This document shows positions 51,544 through 62,800 of a stretch of 64,000 nt of DNA, in pieces. Both the position numbers and the translations under genes were made by a program. Numbering within the stretch: position 1 is the first letter of the stretch; the number at the start of each line of letters is the position of its first letter. The stretch spans positions 62,001 through 126,000 of the forward strand of contig NIVC01000822.1 of the NCBI GenBank assembly GCA_002269645.1. The letters run 5' to 3'. Under the pieces are notes generated by a model. It did not search any database. It was not told the DNA's origin and was given only the letters and a program-made list of their open reading frames with translations. This stretch comes from Macrostomum lignano. Its lineage: Eukaryota.

Positions 51544-53718
51544 CAGGGGCGTAGGCAGGAATTTCTCACGGCGGAGAATGCAAGGATATGAGTAGCTGCT
51601 GCTATTTGTACTTGCTGGCCCAATGGCAGTTCACAGGAAAATTAAGTGCCATAAATCAAATACGTAGGTGCTAGGTAGCTATGAACGGCCAGTCATATTT
51701 CCAATTCTATAAAAATGTCACAATTTAGTTAAAAAATTAGAAAATAATTCCTTCTACTGAATGCTTTATAGTAAATGAAAATCGTTTTTGACTTGCTGCA
51801 CTAGCATGCACTATGTGTCGCGACTTTCCTAGTCATTTCTTTAGTTCACCTTCACTTGTCTCTGTTTACTCTGTTTTCTCTCTCTCTCTGTGTCTAGCTC
51901 AATCTTGTTATTCTTATCTCTCTCTCTCCCTTGCTGCCTTCTGATTGGTTCTCCATTCTCGCCTCTCTCTTCAGTCGCGCACTTCACCCCTCTCCTTATT
52001 ATCTGGAGTCAACCCCCCTCTAAATTAGTCATATAAATATACTTGTTTGGGCCCTGCGCCCACTTACTGGCGTATCTTAGTATTCAATTTAACATCTAAT
52101 TTAGTTCTAGTGTTTTTAGTCTTATTTTCTCTACATGGCGCCCAATGAAAAATAATTCAGTCAATACAGTAAGGCTGGCAAAGGCCATGCCATCGTCGTT
52201 GTCGTAGCCCTACACCAGTCATCTCGTCATCCCGTCATCGACTCCTAATCGTCTCGTCTCTGCTTGCCGGCCTCTCAATCGTCTCGTTGCCGGCCTCTCA
52301 ATCGTCTCCTCTCTGGTTGCCGGCCTCAATCGTCTCGTCTCTGCTTGCCGGCTTCTCAATCGTCTCGTCTACCGGCCTCTCAATCGTCTCGTCTCTGGTT
52401 GCCGGCCTCTCAATCGTCTCGTTGCCGGCCTCTCAATCGTCTCGTTGCCGGCCTCTCAATCGTCTCGTTGCCGGCCTCTCAATCGTCTCGTCTCTGGTTG
52501 CCGGCCTCAATCGTCTCGTCTCTGGTTGCCGGCCTCTCAATCGTCTCGTCTCTGGTTGCCGGCCTCTCAATCGTCTCGTCTCTGGTTGCCGGCCTCTCAA
52601 TCGTCTCGTCTGCCGGCCTCTCAATCGTCTCATCTCTGGTTGCCGGTCTCGTCTTCGGAGTCGGTGCCGGCAGCATATTCACATTTCAACTCGGGCTGTC
52701 GGTCTCGTCTTCGGAGTCGGTGCCGGCAGCATATTCGCATTTCAACTCGGGCTGTCGGTCTCGTCTTCGGAGTCGGTGCCGGCGGCATATTCACAATTCA
52801 ACTCGGGCCGTCGTCACGTCTTCGGAGTCGGTGTCGGCAGTCAATCTCACCGGTCTTTGTCAAACTTTCTTCACTCGGTCCCCTCCTCTCTTGTCAGTGT
52901 CTCCAGTTGTCTCTAGTCGTCTCCAGTTGTTCTTTTCATCAACTTGATTCTCATCTCATCTCATCTCTCTCATCTCAGCTCTCTTACTCAACTGACAATG
53001 TTAATGTTTTCTCTAAACTGTACTAGCCATTTACAATTAAAAATTGCTAATTTTTAAGGGGAGGGTGGATATATTCAGTCTTTTCAGTCTTCTCATTGGT
53101 TCAAAAACTACTCAATAAAAATCTAAGTTTAAAATTCGGTCTTAATATTTTGCATTCGCTCTACTGTTTTTGTATTCAAATTCTTAGTCATTATGTATTT
53201 TTCAAATCGTTTTATACACCATTTATTGTGAATGTGTTTTTCAATTTAATTCGACCTAATTCTAACTCATTAATTTCAATTGGTAATGGTACTCGAAAAT
53301 TCAAAAAATGTTCCATTTTTTGGGGGGAGTGTCGCGACTTTCCTAGTCATTTCTTTAGTTCACCTTCACTTGTCTCTGTTTACTCTGTTTTCTCTCTCTC
53401 TCTGTGTCTAGCTCAATCTTGTTATTCTTATCTCTCTCTCTCCCTTGCTGCCTTCTGATTGGTTCTCCATTCTCGCCTCTCTCTTCAGTCGCGCACTTCA
53501 CCCCTCTCCTTATTATCTGGAGTCAACCCCCCTCTAAATTAGTCATATAAATATACTTGTTTGGGCCCTGCGCCCACTTACTGGCGTATCTTAGTATTCA
53601 ATTTAACATCTAATTTAGTTCTAGTGTTTTTAGTCTTATTTTCTCTACACTATGCTTTCCTAATTTCTTACACCCACCGAGGGGATACATCCCCATACCC
53701 CCCTTGCCTACGCCACTG
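51544..53718. mobile_element. hAT MITE (about 336 bp when empty) interrupted by an LTR element
   Basis: TIR CAGGGGCGTAGGCAGG / CCTTGCCTACGCCACTG; perfect 8-bp TSD CATATAAT. Confidence 0.85.
51816..53649 (+). mobile_element. Recent non-autonomous LTR retroelement (1834 bp, TRIM/LARD-like)
   Basis: Two 320-bp LTRs (51816-52135, 53330-53649) identical by eye, TG...CA ends, PBS TGGCGCCCAA, PPT GGGGGGAG, 5-bp TSD CTATG; interior of tandem repeats, no gag/pol motifs. Confidence 0.95.
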
Positions 53719-53974
53719 CATATAATAGTTGATGTTGTTCTCCATCCCATTCCACTACAGTTTTTATCTAATGTGCATGTGCCTAAGCCTAGTGCTTTTA
53801 GTGCAGGGATTGGCAAACTTGTTACCTCAGTCCTCAAGGGCCAAATTGAGAACCCAGCTCATGACTGCCCTTCTGGGTCCGCTTCGCTCATGGGCCCCTA
53901 AGCGAAGCGGGCCCAGTAGTCCTGATGACTGCGGGCCAGCTGAGGGAGACAGGATAAGGAATAGAGAAAATAAA

Positions 53975-54372
53975 TACGAGCATAGGAGAAAGGAGGCGAA
54001 AGAATTAAGGAGAAGAGAGTGGACGAGAGGAGAGATGAAATAGGAGAGGATCGAGAGAAGGGAGATGAATGAGGAGAGAGGAGAGAATGGAGAAGAGAAT
54101 GGAGAGGAAAAGGGAGATGAGAGGAGAGGAAAGAGGTGAGGATATGAGACTGGAGGAGAGAGGAGAGGAAAGAGAAGAGGAGAGGAGAAAAGATGAAAGG
54201 AGAGGAAAGAGGTGAGGATATGAGACGGGAGGAGAGAGGAGAGGAAAGAGGTGAGGATATGAGACGGGAGGAGAGAGGAGAGGAAAGAGGTGAGGATATG
54301 AGACGGGAGGAGAGAGGAGAGGAAAGAGAAGAGGAGAGGAGAAGAGATGAAAGGAGATGAGAGATGAGAGGA
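53975..54372. repeat. Purine-rich low-complexity (GGAGA-like) repeat
   Basis: Nearly pure A/G tract with internal direct repeats. Confidence 0.85.
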
Positions 54373-54590
54373 GGGTTTTCAGACTTTAGAACTAATTTCA
54401 ACACAATTGAATATTGGCCTGGTTGTCACAATGTCACAAACTGACATAACAGCAGGAGTTTGCATTTTATTAGTTAGTTTCCACATTGTTAATTATTATT
54501 TTGCTTATTTAGTCACGCGTTTCAATGTACTTTTTTCTCTTAGTTTAGAGTTTGTTTTGCGTAAACAGGTTAGAAGTTAGACGCCAATTC

Positions 54591-54966
54591 TGTGACTCAG
54601 CGGAGGGTTGAGTTTTCCTGCGTACCCCAAGCTTTGCGCGGCCAGCCAATCAAGATCGGCCTGGACCCTGGCACGCGGCAAAATCCAAGTCTACCCGGCG
54701 CCGCGGGCCCAGTGCAAATCAGCTTAGCGAGCGGCCGGCCAGACACCAACCACCCGGCTTGAGGGGATTTTGAGGGGTTTGACAGTGACTATAAATCAAA
54801 GTGCAGTGTTTGGCGGTCGGATCTCACTTCTGTTTTTCGGCCTTTAGCTTGTCCAATCTCCCGGCCGTTTGCTCTCTACTCGCGCTTTGAGGCGCTTAAT
54901 CTGCATCGTCTCCCCCGGTCCGTGTTTTATTCCCTCGCCCAACCGCACCAGTCTTGTGACGTAACG
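54591..54966. mobile_element. Possible LTR relic
   Basis: TGTGAC...GTAAC ends, CCAAT and TATAAA on +, TGGCGTC PBS-like motif adjacent on -; orientation ambiguous and no partner LTR. Confidence 0.3.
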
Positions 54967-55193
54967 TCCGCGATAACCTTGTCTGAGGGCGTCGTTATCA
55001 AGCGCGGTTTAGATAGAGACTGGCGGATTTGACAAAGTACGTGGCCTCGACCCGAGGGCCTTAGTGTCTCACTGGAGGGCAGCGCTGGTAGTAGAACTTA
55101 GCCAGAGCTCCGCTGAACCGTCAATTCGTCAGGGCTCTCGTTTGAGAGTAGGTTCATCCATATCATCGATAACATCCATATCACTAACAGACA

Positions 55194-56160
55194 GCTCTCA
55201 CTCTTAGCTTTGTGGCCTTTGGAGGGTGGCTAGCTCAGCGACAAGAGTAAGCTCTCACTGTTAGCTTTTTGGCCTTTGGAGGGTGGCTAGCTCAGCGACA
55301 AGAGTAAGCTCTCACTGTTAGCTTTGTGGCCTTTGGAGGGTGGCTAGCTCAGCGACAAGAGTAAGCTCTCACTGTTAGCTTTTTGGCCTTTGGAGGGTGG
55401 CTAGCTCAGCGACAAGAGTAAGCTCTCACTGTTAGCTTTTTGGCCTTTGGAGGGTGGCTAGCTCAGCGACAAGAGTAAGCTCTCACTCTTAGCTTTGTGG
55501 CCTTTGGAGGGTGGCTAGCTCAGCGACAAGAGTAAGCTCTCACTCTTAGCTTTGTGGCCTTTGGAGGGTGGCTAGCTCAGCGACAAGAGTAAGCTCTCAC
55601 TGTTAGCTTTGTGGCCTTTGGAGGGTGGCTAGCTCAGCGACAAGAGTAAGCTCTCACTCTTAGCTTTGTGGCCTTTGGAGGGTGGCTAGCTCAGCGACAA
55701 GAGTAAGCTCTCACTCTTAGCTTTGTGGCCTTTGGAGGGTGGCTAGCTCAGCGACAAGAGTAAGCTCTCACTCTTAGCTTTGTGGCCTTTGGAGGGTGGC
55801 TAGCTCAGCGACAAGAGTAAGCTCTCACTCTTAGCTTTGTGGCCTTTGGAGGGTGGCTAGCTCAGCGACAAGAGTAAGCTCTCACTGTTAGCTTTGTGGC
55901 CTTTGGAGGGTGGCTAGCTCAGCGACAAGAGTAAGCTCTCACTCTTAGCTTTGTGGCCTTTGGAGGGTGGCTAGCTCAGCGACAAGAGTAAGCTCTCACT
56001 GTTAGCTTTGTGGCCTTTGGAGGGTGGCTAGCTCAGCGACAAGAGTAAGCTCTCACTCTTAGCTTTGTGGCCTTTGGAGGGTGGCTAGCTCAGCGACAAG
56101 AGTAAGCTCTCACTGTTAGCTTTGTGGCCTTTGGAGTGTGGCTAGCTCAGCGACAAGAGT
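55194..56160. repeat. 57-bp minisatellite (GCTCTCACTGTTAGCTTTGTGGCCTTTGGAGGGTGGCTAGCTCAGCGACAAGAGTAA)
   Basis: About 17 highly homogeneous units; stops in all six frames. Confidence 0.95.
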
Positions 56161-56992
56161 ATCAAGCAGACTCAAGTGGACATCAAGTGGACCCGTCTTA
56201 AACCTTGTGCTAAGCGGGTGGCTTTTTGCGCGCAGGTGTGGATAATTTTCTGTTGCTAGATGTATCTATGCATAGCTCGAATCGTTTAAAATCCAACTTT
56301 TTGTTCTCATATAGCCAGCCCATTATAATATGTACATGCAATTCTCACTGGACAAAGCTTACATGTAGGCTGCAAACCACCACAGTCATCAATCGAGATG
56401 GTTTTGAATCACATTTACATGCGCTAAGCGTGCAAGCAACGCAACGCCTTTGAAATTTTCAGGTACTGCGTAGCATGCCAATACAGTATTTATTTATCAG
56501 CAAAATTTTGGATACCTATTCTGGAGTACAATTATAGTAGTATCTTATCTTTAGGCAAGCAACAGCGTGTGCGTACAGAATAAACCTACTATATGGTATT
56601 CAATCGTATTGTAACACTGGGGTCATAAGGCATCTCAACATTTAGCCACATTAGACAAAAATTAAGCAGTGCAAGATGAGAATTTCACAATTTGAAGAAA
56701 AAATGAACGCGTCGATTGAACAAAAAAGCCTTGAACACAGTTGGGTGCCAAATTACTAGCTATCTTTCCCATGTGACCCTGTTCTACATTGCGCATGCAC
56801 CCCATCAATAAATACTGGACTCTTTTAGATAGAAAGGATTTACATGAATAGCACTTACTGTACGCATATGAAAAATCTGCAGCAAAAAATAAACTTTTAC
56901 GCGCCAACATATTAACTTGCATCAACAGGTTGACATAGATTGTCATTTGAATTGAATGCTTCCAAGTGTCTGTTTATGCATCATTGACCATA

Positions 56993-57859
56993 CCGGGTGT
57001 CCCAAAAAAGTTAGAATTCCAATCCAATACTGTGCAAAACTGTCCACTACTAGCTGTTTCCTAGCAACTGCACATCAGTGGCGTAGCCAGGAAATTCAAT
57101 TGAGGGGGGCCGGGCTGGCTTGGCTGGCCATGCCTTATGCCATTGCCACTTTTGGCGCCGCAGGCACTCATTTTGGCGCCGCAGGCACTCATTTTGGCGC
57201 CGCAGGCACTCAATTGCCTCATGGTTTTTGGTACCCGCCGCGCTCAACCCCACCCCCGAGGCGATTTGGGGCCGCGGCCCCCCCCCGCCCCCCCCTGGCT
57301 ACGCCACTGCTGCACATGATGATAGTAGTCAACATTCATAAGTTTTGTTTCCTGCAGTTCTTATTTCAATTGGTGCTTCCGTTCATGATCAAAAGCATTC
57401 GGAACTTGCTGAAGTCGCCACTGTAAGAATGGGTTAACGCCACAGACATCGGCGGCAGCGAGCAGTGAGAGAGCAGTAGCAGCAGCATTAGCAGCAGCAG
57501 TTTTGCCTCGTGACGCATGGTGTCCAAATTTTACGAAGAGTGCCGACTTCGGATTGCAGAATTGCACGAATGCAGTCCTTCATAGCTGGTTAAAATTTAA
57601 CGTGATAACTTTTTACAACTTGTTAAATCAATCGTAATAAGAAATAAGCCTCTTGTCTGAGGCATTAATCCATTCTTACAGTGGCGATTTCAGCCAGTTC
57701 TGAATGCTGTTGATCATGAACGGATGCACCAATCTAAATAAAAACTGCAGGAAACAAAACTTATGAATGTTGACTATCAGCATGTACAGTTGCTAGGAAA
57801 CAGGAGAAGACAGTTTTGCACAGTATTGGATTAAAATTCGACATTTTTGGGAAACTCAG
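56993..57859. mobile_element. Tc1/mariner-type foldback MITE with about 200-bp inverted repeats
   Basis: TA|CCGGGTGTCCCAAAAA ... TTTTTGGGAAACTCAG|TA; arms match once the nested MITE is removed. Confidence 0.8.
57076..57309. mobile_element. hAT MITE (234 bp) nested in the left arm of the foldback
   Basis: Perfect 16-bp TIR CAGTGGCGTAGCCAGG; perfect 8-bp TSD CTGCACAT. Confidence 0.92.
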
Positions 57860-58109
57860 TACAGTAGAGCTGAGAACCCCTTCTGACTTACTTTAGCAGT
57901 AGCCTAACTTACTTCATACTGTTGTGTTTCCTGTGATTGGAAATGTGTTGACTCCTTAGATAAATTACGGCTTATAGGGCAAAGCAAAGAGCTAAATATT
58001 TTCATTTGTCTTCCCAAATGTACATGTACTTTAAATAAAAGAGACAATCCATCTTACTGCTTGAATTTCAGGTCACAGAGAGTCAATTAAATTGAAGTAA
58101 ATGGCAGGG

Positions 58110-58437
58110 TCACTCGCCGCAGCCCCTCTCGTGCTTGTCCTTTTCGTGCTCGGTGACGAAGTCCATGCCGCACCTGGCGCAGTGGACAATGCTGCCTGGG
58201 TGCTTGCGAAGGTAGTGTGCCTTGAGTGTGCAATTCTGCGCGGTCGAGTAGTCGCAATCTCGGCATTTGTAAGGCCGCTCGCCAGTGTGCTTGCGGATGT
58301 GCACGGTGAGGTGGCTCTTCTCAACTGTAGTGTACTCGCAAGTGGGGCACTTGTGTGGCTTCGATAGGCTGTGTTGCGACATCACGTGTTTTCGCAGGTG
58401 GATATTCTGGCGGTAGATCTTTGAGCACTGGGAGCAT
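58110..58437 (-). CDS. Zinc-finger gene last exon: three C2H2 fingers and one C2HC finger; spliced protein about 345 aa
   Basis: CSQC..HLRKHVMSQH, CPTC..HIRKH-TGERPY, CRDC..HYLRKH, CARC..KHERGC. Confidence 0.92.
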
Positions 58438-58730
58438 CTGCAGCGATAATTTATTTTTGATTGAAAAAAATAATTTGTTTGAGTGCGATATTAGGAATAC
58501 ATTTCAAGCAGTGGCTTTTAAACAAATTTAGAGTCCGGTGCATGACTACTAAAGTATCGTTTATACTTATGTAGTCCGTCCTACGGTGTACAGGGCCACT
58601 TGGCCTAAAAGAGACTGCATATTCCGGCTTAAAACTTAAATAAAATGATTAGGATCCGATTACGTAAATAATCAGATACTTGTAGTCATCAAGACCCCGA
58701 CAAGTGTTAATACAATATCAATAACCTCAC

Positions 58731-58957
58731 CTGTACTTCAATTCCTTAACCTTCTTAAGCTTTTTCTGTGGCCGATGAGCAGCGGATTGGTGCTGCAGCT
58801 GCAGCTGCTGGTGCGACTGCCCCGGTTGCTGCATGGGCAAATCCAGCGGCAAGGAGACGTGGTTGACATGCGCTGAGGTGCTGGGAACAGCTGAATTGGT
58901 AAGCAGGTCCTGGGACATGTACTGCTGCTGTTGTTCACCCAGCAACTGAGGTGGGTC
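58731..58957 (-). CDS. Zinc-finger gene exon (Gln-rich, ending in the basic KKLKKVKELKYR)
   Basis: ctccacag|GAC ... TACAG|gtgagg. Confidence 0.8.
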
Positions 58958-59223
58958 CTGTGGAGAATTATTGAGGCAATCCGTTATGAATTCCAGGAAG
59001 AAAACAGACAAGAAGACATTTTTAATTTACATTAAATCAGAGCGTCAAAGAAAACAAAGCTATAAATTTCTGACATGGCTGGTAGGAGTCACAAATGGTT
59101 TTTAGAAGGTTCTATATGACTCTGTCTGCCCGTGCCCAGGTTGGACTCTACATGTATCGTCAAAAATGGCAATTAGAAGAAACAAGGTAAAATCGACAAC
59201 AAGAGGAAGCCACGCAAGCTTGC

Positions 59224-59635
59224 CTGTGACTTGGAGAACATGGAATAGGAGCTATCCAGAGGCGCCATGTGAGTGGCGCTTGTCTCCATTCCATCGGCCA
59301 GGGCAGCAGAAAAGCTGCCATCGCCACCACCACCAAACTGTACACAAGGGTCCGACGCAAAGTAGATACCCGAGTCGCTAGTCGGTGGCGGAGGCGGCGG
59401 CGGTACGGAGACGGCGTGGACAGCAGCTGCTGGGTCGGGCTCGCCCGCTGGATAGGCCACTCGGCTGAGGGTCTGGATGGCCTTGCAGGGCGCAGTCGCA
59501 ACAGCTCGTGTCTGTGGCGCTTCCTCACTGGACTCGTTGAGCAGGGAGGACCCCTCGCCGCCACCCAGCAGCATATCCATGTCGATGTCCAATGTGACCA
59601 CGAAGTCCGTCTGGGTGCTCGTGCTTTGCACCGAC
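59224..59635 (-). CDS. Zinc-finger gene exon (low-complexity N-terminal region)
   Basis: cccacag|G TCG GTG CAA; ends at CAG|gcaagc (GC donor), in phase with the next exon. Confidence 0.7.
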
Positions 59636-59671
59636 CTGTGGGATGAAGAAGTCAGATGTAGGCAATCTTAC

Positions 59672-59742
59672 GTAGTGGCAAATTTAGCTCTTGCTGTATC
59701 CATCAGATTTTCCTCTAAGATTTGTGGCTCTATTGGCTCCAT
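59672..59742 (-). CDS. Zinc-finger gene, first coding exon found (MEPIEPQILEENLMDTARAKFAT); the exon begins at acceptor 59758
   Basis: tttcag| at 59759/59758 and CTAC|gtaaga; phase-consistent; the frame is open upstream of the ATG. Confidence 0.65.
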
Positions 59743-59878
59743 TACTCTTGCAACTCCTCTGAAACAGACTAGCCTTTAAGCATAAATTAAGCATAAACGT
59801 ATGGAACTATGCGTGCAATGAAAGGAAATTGTCACCGTTCTGTATGATTGGATTAGTAAGCGAATTACTCGCTACATG

Positions 59879-62800
59879 TTACAAGATACATGTGTAAAAA
59901 AACATGTAGAAAGATACATGTGTAAAGATACTTATGTGTAAAGATGTATGTGCAAAGATACATGTAGAAAGATTACATGTGTAAAGATACTTATGTGTAA
60001 AGATACTTATGTGTAAAGATGTATGTGCAAAGATACATGTAGAAAGATTACATGTGTAAAGATACTTATGTGTAAAGATGTATGTGCAAAGATACATGTA
60101 GAAAGATTACATGTGTAAAGATACTTATGTGTAAAGATACATGTGTAAAGATACATGTGTAAGGATACTTATGTGTAAAGATACATGTGTAAAGATACAT
60201 GTGTAAAGATACATGTGCAAAGATACATGTAGAAAGATTACATGTGTAAAGATACTTATGTGTAAAGATGTATGTGCAAAGATACATGTAGAAAGATTAC
60301 ATGTGTAAAGATACTTATGTGTAAAGATACATGTGTAAAGATACATGTGTAAGGATACTTATGTGTAAAGATACATGTGTAAAGATACATGTGTAAAGAT
60401 ACTTATGTGTAAAGATACATGTGTAAAGATACATGTGTAAAGATACATGTGTAAAGATACTTATGTGTAAAGATGTATGTGTAAAGATACATGTAGAAAG
60501 ATTACATGTGTAAAGATACTTATGTGTAAAGATACATGTGTAAAGATACATGTGTAAGGATACTTATGTGTAAAGATACATGTGTAAAGATACGTGTAAA
60601 GATACTTATGTGTAAAGATACTTATGTGTAAAGATACTTATGTGTAAAGATACTTATGTGTAAAGATACATGTGTAAAGATACATGTGTAAGGATACTTA
60701 TGTGTAAAGATACATGTGTAAAGATACATGTGTAAAGATACGTGTAAAGATACTTATGTGTAAAGATACTTATGTGTAAAGATACTTATGTGTAAAGATA
60801 CTTATGTGTAAAGATATATGTGTAAAGATACATGTCTAAAGATACATGTGTAAAGATACATGTGTAAAGATACATGTGTAAAGATACATGTGTAAAGATA
60901 CTTATGTGTAAAGATGTATGTGTAAAGATACACGTAGAAAGATTACATGTGTAAAGATACTTATGTGTAAAGATACTTATGTGTAAAGATACTTATGTGT
61001 AAAGATACATGTGTAAAGATACTTATGTGTAAAGATGTATGTGTAAAGATACATGTAGAAAGATTACATGTGTAAAGATACTTATGTGTAAAGATACTTA
61101 TGTGTAAAGATACATGTGTAAAGATACATGTGTAAAGATACTTATGTGTAAAGATACTTATGTGTAAAGATACATGTGTAAAGATACTTATGTGTAAAGA
61201 TACTTATGTGTAAAGATGTATGTGTAAAGATACATGTAGAAAGATTACATGTGTAAAGATACTTATGTGTAAAGATACTTATGTGTAAAGATACTTATGT
61301 GTAAAGATACTTATGTGTAAAGATACATGTGTAAAGATACTTATGTGTAAAGATACTTATGTGTAAAGATATATGTGTAAAGATACATGTGTAAAGATAC
61401 TTATGTGTAAAGATACTTATGTGTAAAGATACATGTGTAAAGATACATGTGTAAAGATACTTATGTGTAAAGATACTTATGTGTAAAGATACTTATGTGT
61501 AAAGATACATGTGTAAAGATACTTATGTGTAAAGATGTATGTGTAAAGATACACGTAGAAAGATTACATGTGTAAAGATACTTATGTGTAAAGATACTTA
61601 TGTGTAAAGATATATGTGTAAAGATACATGTGTAAAGATACTTATGTGTAAAGATACTTATGTGTAAAGATACATGTGTAAAGATACTTATGTGTAAAGA
61701 TACATGTGTAAAGATACATGTGTAAAGATACATGTGTAAAGATACATGTGTAAAGATACATGTGTAAAGATACATTTGTAAAGATACATGTGTAAAGATA
61801 CATGTGTAAAGATACATGTGTAAAGATACTTATGTGTAAAGATGTATGTGTAAAGATACATGTAGAAAGATTACATGTGTAAAGATACTTATGTGTAAAG
61901 ATACATGTGTAAAGATACTTATGTGTAAAGATACTTATGTGTAAAGATACATGTGTAAAGATACTTATGTGTAAAGATGTATGTGTAAAGATACATGTAG
62001 AAAGATTACATGTGTAAAGATACTTATGTGTAAAGATACATGTGTAAAGATACATGTGTAAGGATACTTATGTGTAAAGATACATGTGTAAAGATACATG
62101 TGTAAAGATACATGTGTAAAGATACTTATGTGTAAAGATACATGTGTAAAGATACATGTGTAAAGATACTTATGTGTAAAGATACATGTGTAAAGATACA
62201 TGTGTAAGGATACTTATGTGTAAAGATACATGTGTAAAGATACATCTGTAAAGATACATGTGTAAAGATACTTATGTGTAAAGATACATGTGTAAAGATA
62301 CTTATGTGTAAAGATATATGTGTAAAGATACATGTGTAAAGATACTTATGTGTAAAGATACATGTGTAATGATACATGTGTAAAGATACATGTGTAAAGA
62401 TACATGTGTAAAGATACATGTGTAAAGATACTTATGTGTAAAGATGTATGTGTAAAGATACACGTAGAAAGATTACATGTGTAAAGATACTTATGTGTAA
62501 AGATACTTATGTGTAAAGATACATGTGTAAAGATACTTATGTGTAAAGATACTTATGTGTAAAGATACATGTGTAAAGATACTTATGTGTAAAGATACTT
62601 ATGTGTAAAGATGTATGTGTAAAGATACATGTAGAAAGATTACATGTGTAAAGATACTTATGTGTAAAGATACTTATGTGTAAAGATACTTATGTGTAAA
62701 GATACTTATGTGTAAAGATACATGTGTAAAGATACTTATGTGTAAAGATACTTATGTGTAAAGATATATGTGTAAAGATACATGTGTAAAGATACTTATG

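Noticed and set aside
52264-53026. ORFs of 190-230 aa inside the LTR element
   Set aside because: Products of internal tandem repeats; no gag/pol motif and open in several frames
53874-53945. Strong hairpin CTGGGTCCGCTTCGCT/AGCGAAGCGGGCCCAG followed by CTGATGA
   Set aside because: No GAAA or helix III for a hammerhead; probably MITE-internal palindrome
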